DNA from: Alphaproteobacteria bacterium
GTDB lineage: Bacteria > Pseudomonadota > Alphaproteobacteria > CACIAM-22H2
Direction of reading: 5' to 3'
DNA length: 64,000 nucleotides
Assembly (NCBI GenBank): GCA_036381615.1
Contig: DASVCL010000014.1
Span: forward strand, 6,621 to 70,620
Shown in pieces: positions 26,770 to 36,407 of the stretch (positions within the stretch are counted from its first letter, which is position 1; the number at the start of each line of letters is the position of its first letter). The position numbers were made by a program, and so were the translations under genes. Under the pieces are notes generated by a model. It saw only the letters and a program-made list of their open reading frames with translations, was not told the DNA's origin and did no database searches.

Positions 26770-27864
26770 ATGGCCGCGGAACTCACCGGTGCCGCCAAGC
26801 AGCTCGCCGACAAGATACAGGCGCCGCCCTCCCAACCGACCGAGGCACCCGATCCGATCAAGATCCTTTACGGCACGCGCAATCCGCCGCCCTTCACGGA
26901 AGGCAACATCTTTCCGATCGAGTGGCGCGTCGAGACGCCGAAAATGTTGCAGATCTACGACGGCGCGCGCGATCCAGGCTGGGCGCCGAACCGGCTGCCA
27001 TGGGATACGCTCGACGCGAACGCCTTCACCCTGGATCAGCGCTATGCGCTGGCGTACTGGTGGTCTCTGCTGTCCGTGTTCGACTCGTCCGGTCCGGCCG
27101 TGTTTGCCCGCGCCATGATCCATACCTACGAGGCGCACGAGGAGGACCCCGTCCGGAAGTGCTTCTTTTCGGTGACGCGCGACGAGGTGAACCACGAGGA
27201 GATCTGTCAGCGCGCGATCCAGGCGCTGACGCCGAACGGGCCGCTCGGCTACGAGCCGGAGACGCCGCTGGGCAAGCTCGCCCGCAACAATGTGCTTTGG
27301 TACTACCACAACGGCGGCCGCTATTGGGAAGGCTACAAGAAGGCCGTCGGCAAGTATCCGCTCGCCATCCTGTTCACGTCGTTCCTGATGGGCGAGGTTG
27401 CATCGGCGACGCTGTTCCACGGCATGTATCAGCGTACGACCATTCCCGTGTTCAAGGAGGCATTCAAGAACGTCGGGAAGGATGAGGCGCGGCACATGGG
27501 CATCTGTCTCGCCATTCTCGAGCGGCTTCTGCCGAAGCTGACCAGCGAGATGCGCGAGCAGATCACGAAACAGCTACGGGCCGGCTACGTGTTCCTGTCC
27601 GGCATCCTGTATGAGCCGCCCGAGCAGTTCTGGGAGCTGCCCGAGACGTGGCGCCCCGCGCATCGCCTGCTCGAGGATGTCGCCCGTGATGCCGGGCTCG
27701 GCATCCTGACGCTCGAGGAGCGCCGCGAGAACTGGCGTGCCGCGGTTCTCAAGATGAAGGGGCTGCTCGAACCCTATGGCGTTGCGTTCCCGGCGATTCC
27801 GGAGATCGGGATCGACGGGCAGACGGTCGCATTCGATCCGGCGGACATCATTCCGGTGTTTTAG
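26770..27864 (+). CDS. ferritin-like diiron-carboxylate protein (oxygenase/oxidase type), function unknown
   Basis: Two E...ExxH pairs: YEAHEE...RDEVNHEE and MGEVAS...KDEARHMG. GAGGAG SD. Confidence 0.7.
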   Translation: MAAELTGAAKQLADKIQAPPSQPTEAPDPIKILYGTRNPPPFTEGNIFPIEWRVETPKMLQIYDGARDPGWAPNRLPWDTLDANAFTLDQRYALAYWWSLLSVFDSSGPAVFARAMIHTYEAHEEDPVRKCFFSVTRDEVNHEEICQRAIQALTPNGPLGYEPETPLGKLARNNVLWYYHNGGRYWEGYKKAVGKYPLAILFTSFLMGEVASATLFHGMYQRTTIPVFKEAFKNVGKDEARHMGICLAILERLLPKLTSEMREQITKQLRAGYVFLSGILYEPPEQFWELPETWRPAHRLLEDVARDAGLGILTLEERRENWRAAVLKMKGLLEPYGVAFPAIPEIGIDGQTVAFDPADIIPVF

Positions 27865-27878
27865 CCGGCCAGAGCGGC

Positions 27879-28727
27879 ATGGCACGCCCCCAGGCCGAGG
27901 ATTACGCGGCGAAGCAGCAGATCATCCGCGATCGTGCCGCGGAGCTCTTCGCCGCGCGCGGCTTCGCGGCCACATCGATCAGCGACATCGCAGCGGCGTG
28001 CAACTGCGCGAAGTCGCTGATCTATCATTATTTCAGCTCGAAGGAGGACATTCTCTTCGACCTGCTCAAGGCGCATGTCGAGGCGCTGCACGGCGCGGCG
28101 CGCGCGGCGCTCGGCCAGGAGAAAGATCCCGAGACGCGCTTTCGTGCGTTCGTCCGCGCATTGCTCGAACTTTATGCGCATGCCCGGGCGAAGCACATCC
28201 TGCTGCTGAACGAGCTCGACAACCTGCCGCCGTCCCGCAAGGGATCGATCGTCGCGCTGGAGCGGCAGCTCATCGAGCTTGCGGCGGATCTGTTCGAAGG
28301 ACTGGCGCCGCGGCTCGGCAAGGAAAGGATGCTACGCATCCCGATCGCGATGAGCTTTTACGGGATCATCAACTGGACATACACATGGTATCGGCCCGGC
28401 GGACCGCTCTCGCCGCGTCGCTTCGCGGATCTGGCGGCGGACCTGTTCCTGCGCGGGATGCCGACGGCGATCGAACGCTTTACGGCTCAGCCTGACGGCG
28501 ACATGGCCGAGGCGGCGCGCGGCAGGAACGAATCCGTCACGATGCGATCCGAGGCCGCATTCGATGCCACGGCCGCCGCGACGCAGTCATCGACGAAAGC
28601 GGGCGAGCCGGCGACCAGCACCACGTACTCGGACAAGTCGCGAGCTTCGCGCGTGAGGAGCAAGGGAATGCGTCCGCGCAGCCAGGGCGGCGGTGCGGCG
28701 TCGTCCCGCGTCAGGGTGACGCGGTAA
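27879..28727 (+). CDS. TetR-family transcriptional regulator (with an unusually long C-terminal tail)
   Basis: HTH FAATSISDIAAACNCAKSLIYHYFSSKEDIL. The fold appears complete by about residue 205, but the first in-frame stop is at 28725-28727. Confidence 0.8.
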   Translation: MARPQAEDYAAKQQIIRDRAAELFAARGFAATSISDIAAACNCAKSLIYHYFSSKEDILFDLLKAHVEALHGAARAALGQEKDPETRFRAFVRALLELYAHARAKHILLLNELDNLPPSRKGSIVALERQLIELAADLFEGLAPRLGKERMLRIPIAMSFYGIINWTYTWYRPGGPLSPRRFADLAADLFLRGMPTAIERFTAQPDGDMAEAARGRNESVTMRSEAAFDATAAATQSSTKAGEPATSTTYSDKSRASRVRSKGMRPRSQGGGAASSRVRVTR

Positions 28728-29554
28728 CTGAAGTTGTCGTGGCGGCGGGCGAGACGCGCCAGCGCGTCCAGGGCGAAAAGTTCGCGACGGTCACGCACCG
28801 AGAACAGGAGCTCGATGCGTCGTTTGCGCCCCTCGGCCAGCTCCTTCCCGATGACGGACAGAACGGGCGACAGGCCGCTGCCGCCGGCCAATGCCAGGAC
28901 CGGCCGATCCCCCGCGTCGGGCAGGCCGAACTCGCCGTAAGGTCCCCGGATGCTCACGGTATCGCCGACGGACAGGGAATGAACCCAGGTGCTGCAGCGG
29001 CCGTGCGGGTGACGCGTGATGAAGAAAGACAGCTGGCCGTCCGGCGCAAGGCCGTCGGCGTCCGGCGCATCGGCGATCGAGTAGGGGCGCGACTCGCCCA
29101 GATCCGGCGCGAAGAACTCGAGATTCATGCCGGGACGGAACCGGAAACGCGTGCCCCGCGGCAGCGCGAGGACGAGCCGGCGAATGGAGGGCGCGACGCT
29201 CTCGGCGGCGACGATTTCGGCCTTCAGTTCCATCGGCAGGATCGCGTCTTCGCCGGCGCGTCTGGAGCGCATCGGCTCGACCGTGCGCAGGCGTAACGTC
29301 GACGAGAGCGGTTTCGACTGGCAAGTCAGGCAGTAGCCTTGCTCTTTCTCCTCGTCGGTGATGGCGAAGCTCATCACCCATCCGTGGTCGACGGCACCTT
29401 CGACGACCAGGGCCTTGCACGTGCCGCAGCCGCCGCCGCGACAATTGTGGGGCATGTGGAGCCCTGCCGCGAGGCCCGCATCAAGGATGATGGTGTCGGA
29501 CGGGCAGGCGAACGACTCCCCGGTATTCTCTACGATGACGTTGGTCGAGGACAT
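28487..29554 (-). CDS. 2Fe-2S ferredoxin fused to an FNR-type NAD(P)H/flavin reductase
   Basis: CRGGGCGTCK plant-type ferredoxin motif at the N terminus, RPYSIAD flavin motif and GGSGLSP NAD motif. Confidence 0.85.
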   Translation of the reverse strand: MSSTNVIVENTGESFACPSDTIILDAGLAAGLHMPHNCRGGGCGTCKALVVEGAVDHGWVMSFAITDEEKEQGYCLTCQSKPLSSTLRLRTVEPMRSRRAGEDAILPMELKAEIVAAESVAPSIRRLVLALPRGTRFRFRPGMNLEFFAPDLGESRPYSIADAPDADGLAPDGQLSFFITRHPHGRCSTWVHSLSVGDTVSIRGPYGEFGLPDAGDRPVLALAGGSGLSPVLSVIGKELAEGRKRRIELLFSVRDRRELFALDALARLARRHDNFSYRVTLTRDDAAPPPWLRGRIPLLLTREARDLSEYVVLVAGSPAFVDDCVAAAVASNAASDRIVTDSFLPRAASAMSPSG

Positions 29555-29622
29555 GCGCAGGTTCTTATAACGGTGTCATTGCGACGATGCACGCGCGTGA
29601 TGCGGGGGGCTGTCCGGGCCGG

Positions 29623-30630
29623 TCAGCCCTGCTGGAGCGCGGTCACGAACGTGTCGGGATCGACGTTGCCGCCGGAGCAGACGACGGCGACGGTGCGTCC
29701 CGCCAGCCGGATCCGGCCGCTGAGCGCCGCGGCGAGCGCGACGGCGCCCCCGGGCTCGACAACGAGTTTCAGGTCGGCGAACGCGACGGCCATCGCCGTC
29801 CGGACCTCGTCATCGCTTGCCACCAGGCCCCCCTTGAGAAGCCGCGAATTGACCGCGAACGTGATTTCGCCTGGCGTCGGCGCCAGCAGCGCGTCGCAGA
29901 TCGAGCGCGCTGCGGGATCGTTGCTCTCGCGCCGGCCGGTCGCCAGCGACTTGGCGTGATCGTCGAAACCCTCCGGCTCGCAGACATAGACGGCCGTCCC
30001 GGGTGCGCGCGAGGCGAGGGCAAGGGCGACGCCGGCAACGAGGCCGCCGCCGCTTGCGGGCACGAGGACCGCGTCGAGGGAGGCGCCGATCTCTGCCGCC
30101 TGCTGAGCGATCTCGAGACCGATCGTCCCCTGGCCTGCGATGATGTCCGGATCGTCGAACGGCGGCACGATGATGGCGCCGCGCGGGCCGGCGATGCGGG
30201 CGCCGACTTCCTCACGGCGCTCCTTGTAACGGTCATACAGAACTACCTCGGCGCCATAGTTTCTGGTGTTTCTGATCTTGATCGCCGGCGCATCCGAGGG
30301 CATCACGATCGTCGCGGGTATCCCCAGCATCTGGGCCGCGGCGGCGACACCCTGGGCGTGATTGCCGGACGAGTAGGCGACGACGCCGCGCCGGCGCTGC
30401 TCCGGATCGAGCTGGCTCAGCCGGTTGTATGCGCCCCGGAATTTGAACGAACCGGTACGCTGCAGCGACTCGGCCTTGATGAGCAGCCGTCCGCCAAGCC
30501 GCGCGTTGAGCAGCGGCGATTCCAGGAGGGGCGTGACCACCGCATGCCCGGCGATGCGCCGCGCAGCGGCTTCGACGTCCGCGATCGTGGGTAGACGCGC
30601 GGCAAGATCAGAAGCGGTCAAGGAACTCAT
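29623..30630 (-). CDS. PLP-dependent threonine/serine ammonia-lyase-like enzyme (no regulatory domain)
   Basis: Has KAESLQRTGSFKFRGA (PLP lysine) and SSGNHAQG. Start at ATG 30630 overlaps the upstream gene by 23 nt. Confidence 0.8.
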   Translation of the reverse strand: MSSLTASDLAARLPTIADVEAAARRIAGHAVVTPLLESPLLNARLGGRLLIKAESLQRTGSFKFRGAYNRLSQLDPEQRRRGVVAYSSGNHAQGVAAAAQMLGIPATIVMPSDAPAIKIRNTRNYGAEVVLYDRYKERREEVGARIAGPRGAIIVPPFDDPDIIAGQGTIGLEIAQQAAEIGASLDAVLVPASGGGLVAGVALALASRAPGTAVYVCEPEGFDDHAKSLATGRRESNDPAARSICDALLAPTPGEITFAVNSRLLKGGLVASDDEVRTAMAVAFADLKLVVEPGGAVALAAALSGRIRLAGRTVAVVCSGGNVDPDTFVTALQQG

Positions 30631-31477
30631 CGAGGACCTTTCGGGCGAGCGGTTCGTCGAGCGTCGGCGCATGGCCGACATTCGGCAACGTCACGTCCCA
30701 CAGGTCCGGCCGTTCGGCCTTCATCCGGGCCAGCGTTGCCGCCGACAAGATATCCGACAGTCCGCCGCGGATGACAAGCGTGGGAACGCGGCGGGTCGCC
30801 CGCCACACCCCCCACAGGTCGATCGCCTCGTCCATGTCATCTCGCAGCGGTTTGACCAGATTCGCGTCCCAATCGAAATGGAGCTGTCCGTCGTCGCCCA
30901 AGCGAAACGTCGCCTGGGCGAACGTGAGCCATTCGTCCGCCGTCGCCAGCGACAGATTCGGCAACATGCGGCGAAGATGGGCCGTGGCGCTCGCCCAGTC
31001 CGGCTGCGGGTGGTCGGCGGCGACATAGGACAGGATGCGCCCGGCGCCGCGAGGATCGACCTCGGGCCCGATATCGTTGACGACGAGACCTCGAAGCATG
31101 GTGGGCATCGCCGTTGCCATGGCCATGCCGAGGAGGCCGCCCATCGATGTCCCGATGACGATGACGCGGTCGAGCCCCAGGATCGCCAGCAGATGGCGGA
31201 TGTCGTCCAGATACGTCCGCGCCCGATAGTTTCGCCAGTCCGGATCCCGGGCCGAGCGGCCGCGGCCGCGGAGATCGGGAGCGATCACACGGCGCGGCCG
31301 CGCGCCGTCCGGATCCGCGAGCCTTTGCGCCAGACGGTCGAAGTCCTTCGAGTTGCGCGCGAGGCCCGGAAGGCACAACACGGGGGTCGCGGGCCAGAGA
31401 GGATCACCCCAATCCTTGAAGAAGAGGGACAGGTTGTTCGTTGCCGCAAAGAACCGCTCGCGGCATATCGCCGCCAT
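30608..31477 (-). CDS. alpha/beta hydrolase
   Basis: GTSMGG nucleophile elbow and overall length/pattern of the fold. Confidence 0.75.
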   Translation of the reverse strand: MAAICRERFFAATNNLSLFFKDWGDPLWPATPVLCLPGLARNSKDFDRLAQRLADPDGARPRRVIAPDLRGRGRSARDPDWRNYRARTYLDDIRHLLAILGLDRVIVIGTSMGGLLGMAMATAMPTMLRGLVVNDIGPEVDPRGAGRILSYVAADHPQPDWASATAHLRRMLPNLSLATADEWLTFAQATFRLGDDGQLHFDWDANLVKPLRDDMDEAIDLWGVWRATRRVPTLVIRGGLSDILSAATLARMKAERPDLWDVTLPNVGHAPTLDEPLARKVLDEFLDRF

Positions 31478-32163
31478 CAGTGCCCGAGCAGCGCCGGCAG
31501 GTCACGCAGCGTGGTCAGCTCGGCCGCTGCCTGTGCCGGTAGATTGTCCCTGGGCTGGCCAAAACGGTTGACCCAGACTGCCTGGAAGCCGAAGCATGCG
31601 GCCCCCACCACGTCCCAGCCGTTGGATGATACGAAACACACCTTTTCGGGCGCCACGCCCGTCTTGTCGACGACGAGCCGGTATACCGAAGGGTGCGGCT
31701 TGTAGATCTGCACGGCATCGACCGAGAACACGCCGTCGAGCATCCGGCTGATCCCCGCGCTGTTGACGGCTGCCGTCAGCATGGTCGGGGAGCCGTTGGA
31801 AAGAATGGTCAGCCGTATGCCTGCCGCGCGGAGATTCTTGAGCGTATCGACCACGTCCGGGTAGCAGGACAGGCTCAGATATTGCTGCATCAGGGTGGCC
31901 CGCAACACGGGATCATGGCGTTTTACCGCCGCGAGCGCGTAGTCCAGGCTTTCGCTCGTCACGTACCAGAAATCGACGTAGCGGCCCATCAGGCTTCTGA
32001 GCCAGGTGTACTCGAGCTGCTTGCGCCGCCACAGGTCGGAAACGGTCTGCCAATCGGGGCCAAGCGCCTCCTTGCAGCGCTCCGCGGCGGATGCATAGTC
32101 GAAGAGCGTGCCATAGGCATCGAACGCGCAGACCTCGATATTGCGTAGTTGCACCGTGGTCAT
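31477..32163 (-). CDS. haloacid dehalogenase type II
   Basis: FDAYGTLFD motif I, SNG and the type II HAD pattern. Confidence 0.8.
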   Translation of the reverse strand: MTTVQLRNIEVCAFDAYGTLFDYASAAERCKEALGPDWQTVSDLWRRKQLEYTWLRSLMGRYVDFWYVTSESLDYALAAVKRHDPVLRATLMQQYLSLSCYPDVVDTLKNLRAAGIRLTILSNGSPTMLTAAVNSAGISRMLDGVFSVDAVQIYKPHPSVYRLVVDKTGVAPEKVCFVSSNGWDVVGAACFGFQAVWVNRFGQPRDNLPAQAAAELTTLRDLPALLGH

Positions 32164-32184
32164 GCCCGCGCCTCCCTCGATCGG

Positions 32185-34227
32185 TCAGTACGTCGCACCT
32201 CGCCGCAGATCTTCGTGAATGCCCTGGGCAAGCTGTCCGCTGCCCAGGAGGCGCCGATAAACCTGGAGATTCTCCAGAACGCGCTGGACGTAGTTTCGCG
32301 TCTCGTCGAACGGGATCAGCTCGATCCAGTCGATCACGTCCACCTTGCGCTGCCGCGGATCGCCATATTCGCGCACCCACTGACGCACGCGGTTGGGACC
32401 GGCATTATAGGCGGCGAGGGCCAGCACGTAGGACCCGTCGAATTCCTCGATCATGCGGGCGAGATAGCTGCGGCCGATCTGGAGATTGTATTCCGGGTCG
32501 GTCAGCAGCCGACTGTCGCTGTGCCGGAGGCCGAGGGTCTTGGCGATGGCGCGTGCCGTCGCCGGCATCAGCTGCATCATACCGCGCGCGCCGGCGGGGC
32601 TGATGGCCCGGGCCTCGAAAGCGCTCTCCTGACGGATCATCGCATGGAGGAGCGCCCGCTCGCCGACCTCGCCGTCGACGACGGGAAGAATCGGCCAGCC
32701 GAAATCAGGCAGCAGTACGTTGGCGATCTGCGCCGACCGCTTGCTCGCCGAAACGGCAAGGTCCGGCCGGCCGATCGACATGGCGAGTTCGCCGACGAGC
32801 GCGTGCTGCCCCGGGCTCGCGGCAAGGTTTACGTGGCGGAGGATGAATGGCTTGAGGCGATCCTCCACCCCGATTTCGCTCAGGAGCCGCACGACGCGCG
32901 TCAGTTCGTGCGCCTCGAAGGCCCGGCGTTCGGCCGCAGTCGCCTCCGGCATCTTCGGCCATGACGGGCGTTGCTTGGGATCCAGCTTCGTCCGGGCGAG
33001 TTGGCCGTAATAGGTGACGGGGAAGGCGGCCGCCTTCGCGTACCAGGACTGGGCCGTGGCCTTGTCGCCGAGCGCCTCTGCCGCGCGTCCCGCCCAATAG
33101 GCGCCGCGGGCCAACGAGACCGGGTAGCGAACCGCCTCGTACAGGCGCGTGAAGTGCATCAGCGCGGCACGGGGCTCGTCGAGGTAGCGGAGCGCAATCC
33201 AGCCGGCGAGGAATTCCGCCTCGGCGAACGCGGCGCCGTCGCGCAGGTGATGATTGCGAACCAGGCGGTAGGCATCGCTCATTCGGCCGTCGGCGATAGC
33301 CTTGCGCGCCAGGATCTCGCGCTCGGACCACCAGATTTCGGGGCGGCCGAGCCGGTTCGATGCCCGCTGCATCAGCTCCATGGCGCCGTCGATCTGTCCC
33401 TTGCGGCGGCGCCAGCGCATCCGCTCGAACAGCAGGCCGGGATCGTTGACGAGACTATCCGGAACCTTCCGGAGGGCGCCGTCGACGCCCGCCGCCATGG
33501 CGGCAAGCCGGATCCGTGCTTCGGCCAGCGCGCGCTGGTTCGGGTCGACCAGGCGCATCATGCGGCGGGCCTCCGTATGCCGGCCCTCCCACAGCAGGTT
33601 GTCGAGCCGCCGCGCGTGGTCGGAACGGCTCAGGTAATGCTTGTAGCGGGCGATGAACATGCTCTCCTGCTTCTCGCCGAAGGTCCCGGAGAGCCAGGTA
33701 TTGCGCACGAGCGCGATGGCCTTCGCGCGATTGCCCGAACGGAACAGGGCTTCGGCATAGCGCATGGCGCCGTCCACCGTCGCCGGATCGCGCAAGGCGA
33801 ACCAGGCGAGGACGACCGAATCGTCGGTGCGTTCGACCAGCGCCTCCTCGGCGCGGCGCGCCAGGAGGTCCTGGCCCGGCCAATGCGGGTTGGCGTCGAT
33901 GAATGCGGCGATGTCCTCGAACGGGGCGCCGGACCGCGGTTCCTGCAGCTCGAGCCAGCGCAGGACCTTGTTGGCGAGCGGATCCTTGCCGGTGGCGATG
34001 TACTGCCGAACTTCGTCCCAGCGGCCGGCCTCGACCGCGGCAAATGCCTTGCGGTAATGATCTTTCTGCTCGTTCGTCAGGGTCGTGGGGACGGCCCGCG
34101 CCGGATTGGCGCCGGCGGTCTGGGCGACGGCGGGGGCTTGGGCGTAGCAGGCTGGGGCGAAGAAGGGCGCTGCGATTGCGGCGGCCGCGATCCCCCCAAA
34201 CACAAGTCGTCGAAAGCGGTTGTTCAT
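32185..34227 (-). CDS. soluble lytic murein transglycosylase (Slt70-like)
   Basis: Signal peptide, superhelical repeat region, and C-terminal SLT domain (MIRQESAFEARAISPAGARGMMQLMPATA). Confidence 0.88.
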   Translation of the reverse strand: MNNRFRRLVFGGIAAAAIAAPFFAPACYAQAPAVAQTAGANPARAVPTTLTNEQKDHYRKAFAAVEAGRWDEVRQYIATGKDPLANKVLRWLELQEPRSGAPFEDIAAFIDANPHWPGQDLLARRAEEALVERTDDSVVLAWFALRDPATVDGAMRYAEALFRSGNRAKAIALVRNTWLSGTFGEKQESMFIARYKHYLSRSDHARRLDNLLWEGRHTEARRMMRLVDPNQRALAEARIRLAAMAAGVDGALRKVPDSLVNDPGLLFERMRWRRRKGQIDGAMELMQRASNRLGRPEIWWSEREILARKAIADGRMSDAYRLVRNHHLRDGAAFAEAEFLAGWIALRYLDEPRAALMHFTRLYEAVRYPVSLARGAYWAGRAAEALGDKATAQSWYAKAAAFPVTYYGQLARTKLDPKQRPSWPKMPEATAAERRAFEAHELTRVVRLLSEIGVEDRLKPFILRHVNLAASPGQHALVGELAMSIGRPDLAVSASKRSAQIANVLLPDFGWPILPVVDGEVGERALLHAMIRQESAFEARAISPAGARGMMQLMPATARAIAKTLGLRHSDSRLLTDPEYNLQIGRSYLARMIEEFDGSYVLALAAYNAGPNRVRQWVREYGDPRQRKVDVIDWIELIPFDETRNYVQRVLENLQVYRRLLGSGQLAQGIHEDLRRGATY

Positions 34228-34361
34228 CCCAGTCGATATTAGGCAGCGGACATTCCCGAACGCCAGCCCCCGCGTGTTGCAGCAGGCGGGACGGCCGGGC
34301 TATGGTGCGCCAGTTAACAGGATGCGCGCTGAGCGCGAATCTAGCTGCCGGAGAATAAGGA

Positions 34362-35234
34362 ATGTTTAAGGGATCGCTGGTCGCCCTCCTGACGCCGTTC
34401 CGCAACGGCAAGGTCGACGAGAAGGCGTTTCAGGATCTTGTCGAATGGCAGGTGCAGCAAGGGACCCACGGCCTGGTGCCGTGCGGGACGACCGGGGAAT
34501 CCCCGACGCTCTCCCACGAAGAGCACATGCGTGTGGTCGAGCTGTGCATCGAGGCTGCGGCGAAGCGCGTGCCGGTCATCGCCGGTACCGGCTCCAATTC
34601 CACGGAGGAGGCGATCGCCCTGACCCGGCATGCCAAGAAGGCGGGGGCCGATGCCGCGCTGATCGTGACGCCGTACTACAACAAGCCGACCCAAGAGGGC
34701 CTCTATCAGCATTACAAGGCGATCGCCGAGGCCGTCGACCTTCCGATCATCATCTACAACATTCCGCCGCGCTGCGTGATCGACATGTCGGTCGAGACGA
34801 TGGCAAGGCTGGCCAAGCTGCCGAACATCGTCGGCGTCAAAGATGCAACCAATGATTTGACGCGGCCGCTGAAGACGCGCTTGGCGATCGGCCCTGAGTT
34901 CTGCCAGCTGTCGGGCGAGGATGCGACGGTCACGGCCTATCTGGCACAGGGCGGCCATGGCTGCATCTCCGTCACCGCCAATATCGCGCCGCGGCAATGC
35001 GCCGATCTGCACGAGGCATGGCAGCGGGGCGACATGGCCAAGGTCGCTCAGCTGCGGGACCTGCTGATGCCGCTGCACGAGGCTATGTTCGTCGAGACGA
35101 GCCCGGCACCGGTCAAATACGCGGCTTCGCTGCTCGGCAAGTCGACCCCTGACGTCAGGCTTCCACTCGCGCCGTGCTCGGCGTCGGCGCAGGAGCGCGT
35201 GCGCGCGGCGATGAAGCAGGCGGGAATCCTCTGA
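34362..35234 (+). CDS. dapA: 4-hydroxy-tetrahydrodipicolinate synthase
   Basis: [12 protein letters not shown]...[14 protein letters not shown]...YYNKP is the canonical DapA pattern. Confidence 0.95.
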   Translation: MFKGSLVALLTPFRNGKVDEKAFQDLVEWQVQQGTHGLVPCGTTGESPTLSHEEHMRVVELCIEAAAKRVPVIAGTGSNSTEEAIALTRHAKKAGADAALIVTPYYNKPTQEGLYQHYKAIAEAVDLPIIIYNIPPRCVIDMSVETMARLAKLPNIVGVKDATNDLTRPLKTRLAIGPEFCQLSGEDATVTAYLAQGGHGCISVTANIAPRQCADLHEAWQRGDMAKVAQLRDLLMPLHEAMFVETSPAPVKYAASLLGKSTPDVRLPLAPCSASAQERVRAAMKQAGIL

Positions 35235-35238
35235 TCGA

Positions 35239-35709
35239 ATGGCCCGGCAGGAAGCGGCGGCGAAGACTGTGGCGGTAAACCGCAAGGCCCGCCACAACTA
35301 CACGATCGAAGACACCATCGAGGCGGGAATCGTCCTAGCCGGAACCGAGGTCAAATCGCTGCGCGAAGGCGGCGTGCAGATCACTGACGCGCATGCCGGC
35401 GAGATGGGCGGCGAGCTGTGGCTGTTCAACGCGCACATTCCCGAATACAAGGCCGGCAATCGCTTCAATCATGAGCCGCGGCGGCCGCGGAAGCTCCTGG
35501 TCCATAAACGCCAGCGCGACCGGCTGATCGGGGCCGTCACACGCGAGGGGATGACGCTCGTTCCGTTGTCGCTCTATTTCAATCAGCGCGGGATCGCAAA
35601 GGTCGAGATCGGCCTCGCGAAGGGTAAGAAGAAGTGGGACAAGCGCGAGACGGAGAAGGCGCGCGACTGGCAGCGGGAAAAGGCGCGTCTGATCCGGGCA
35701 CGCGGCTGA
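35239..35709 (+). CDS. smpB: SsrA-binding protein
   Basis: [29 protein letters not shown]...LLVHKRQ is the canonical SmpB pattern. Confidence 0.95.
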   Translation: MARQEAAAKTVAVNRKARHNYTIEDTIEAGIVLAGTEVKSLREGGVQITDAHAGEMGGELWLFNAHIPEYKAGNRFNHEPRRPRKLLVHKRQRDRLIGAVTREGMTLVPLSLYFNQRGIAKVEIGLAKGKKKWDKRETEKARDWQREKARLIRARG

Positions 35710-35731
35710 ATCCCTTCCCGCGCGGACATCG

Positions 35732-36283
35732 TCATCGGATACGGCGTCGCACCTCGGCGAAGACGGCCTCGAACATCTCGGTCGTGAGCTTGCCGGTGTT
35801 CGTGTTGTAGCGCGAGCAGTGATAGCTGTCGGCAAGCGCGGTGCCGTTGGGAAGTTCGTGGACGGCGCCATGCGCGAACCGGAACCGCGCCGGCTTGTGC
35901 TCGAGTGCCGCGAGGACGCCGTCATGCGCGATCCGGCCAAGCGCAACGATGACGGCGAGACGGGGCATGCGGCGGATTTCCGCGGCCAGGAACGGCCTGC
36001 AGTTCACGATCTCGGCCGGCAGCGGTTTGTTTTGCGGCGGCACGCAGCGAACCGCGTTGGTGATGCGCGCGTCCACGAGGCGTAACGTGTCGCCGGCCCA
36101 GGGGCCATCCTCCCGGCCCGCGGCGTACCGCCCCGTGGCGAAGCCGAATTTCGCGAGGGTGGCATAAAGAAGATCGCCCGCGTAGTCGCCGGTGAACGGC
36201 CGTCCGGTGCGGTTGGCGCCGCGCAGACCCGGGCCGAGCCCGACGACGAGCAGGCGGGCATCGATCGGCCCGAAGCTCGGCAC
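35732..36283 (-). CDS. uracil-DNA glycosylase family 4/5 protein (true start probably further upstream, see findings)
   Basis: GLGPGLRGANRTGRPFTGD...HCSRYN motifs. The conserved N-terminal CPRCARLAAFRAENR...WHNGPV segment lies in frame upstream of the GTG at 36283. Confidence 0.75.
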   Translation of the reverse strand: MPSFGPIDARLLVVGLGPGLRGANRTGRPFTGDYAGDLLYATLAKFGFATGRYAAGREDGPWAGDTLRLVDARITNAVRCVPPQNKPLPAEIVNCRPFLAAEIRRMPRLAVIVALGRIAHDGVLAALEHKPARFRFAHGAVHELPNGTALADSYHCSRYNTNTGKLTTEMFEAVFAEVRRRIR

Positions 36284-36407
36284 CGGGCCGTTATGCCACG
36301 CCGGATATGCCTTGCGGTTCTCGGCACGGAAAGCGGCAAGACGTGCACAGCGCGGGCAGTCGCGCCCCGGGTCGCACAGCGGCGGGGCGGGAAGATGTCG
36401 GGCGGTC

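Noticed and set aside
35239-35709. Looked for a tmRNA (ssrA) gene next to smpB.
   Set aside because: No tRNA-like CCA-ending acceptor/T-arm or tag-reading-frame structure was seen in the flanking intergenic regions. ssrA is presumably elsewhere.
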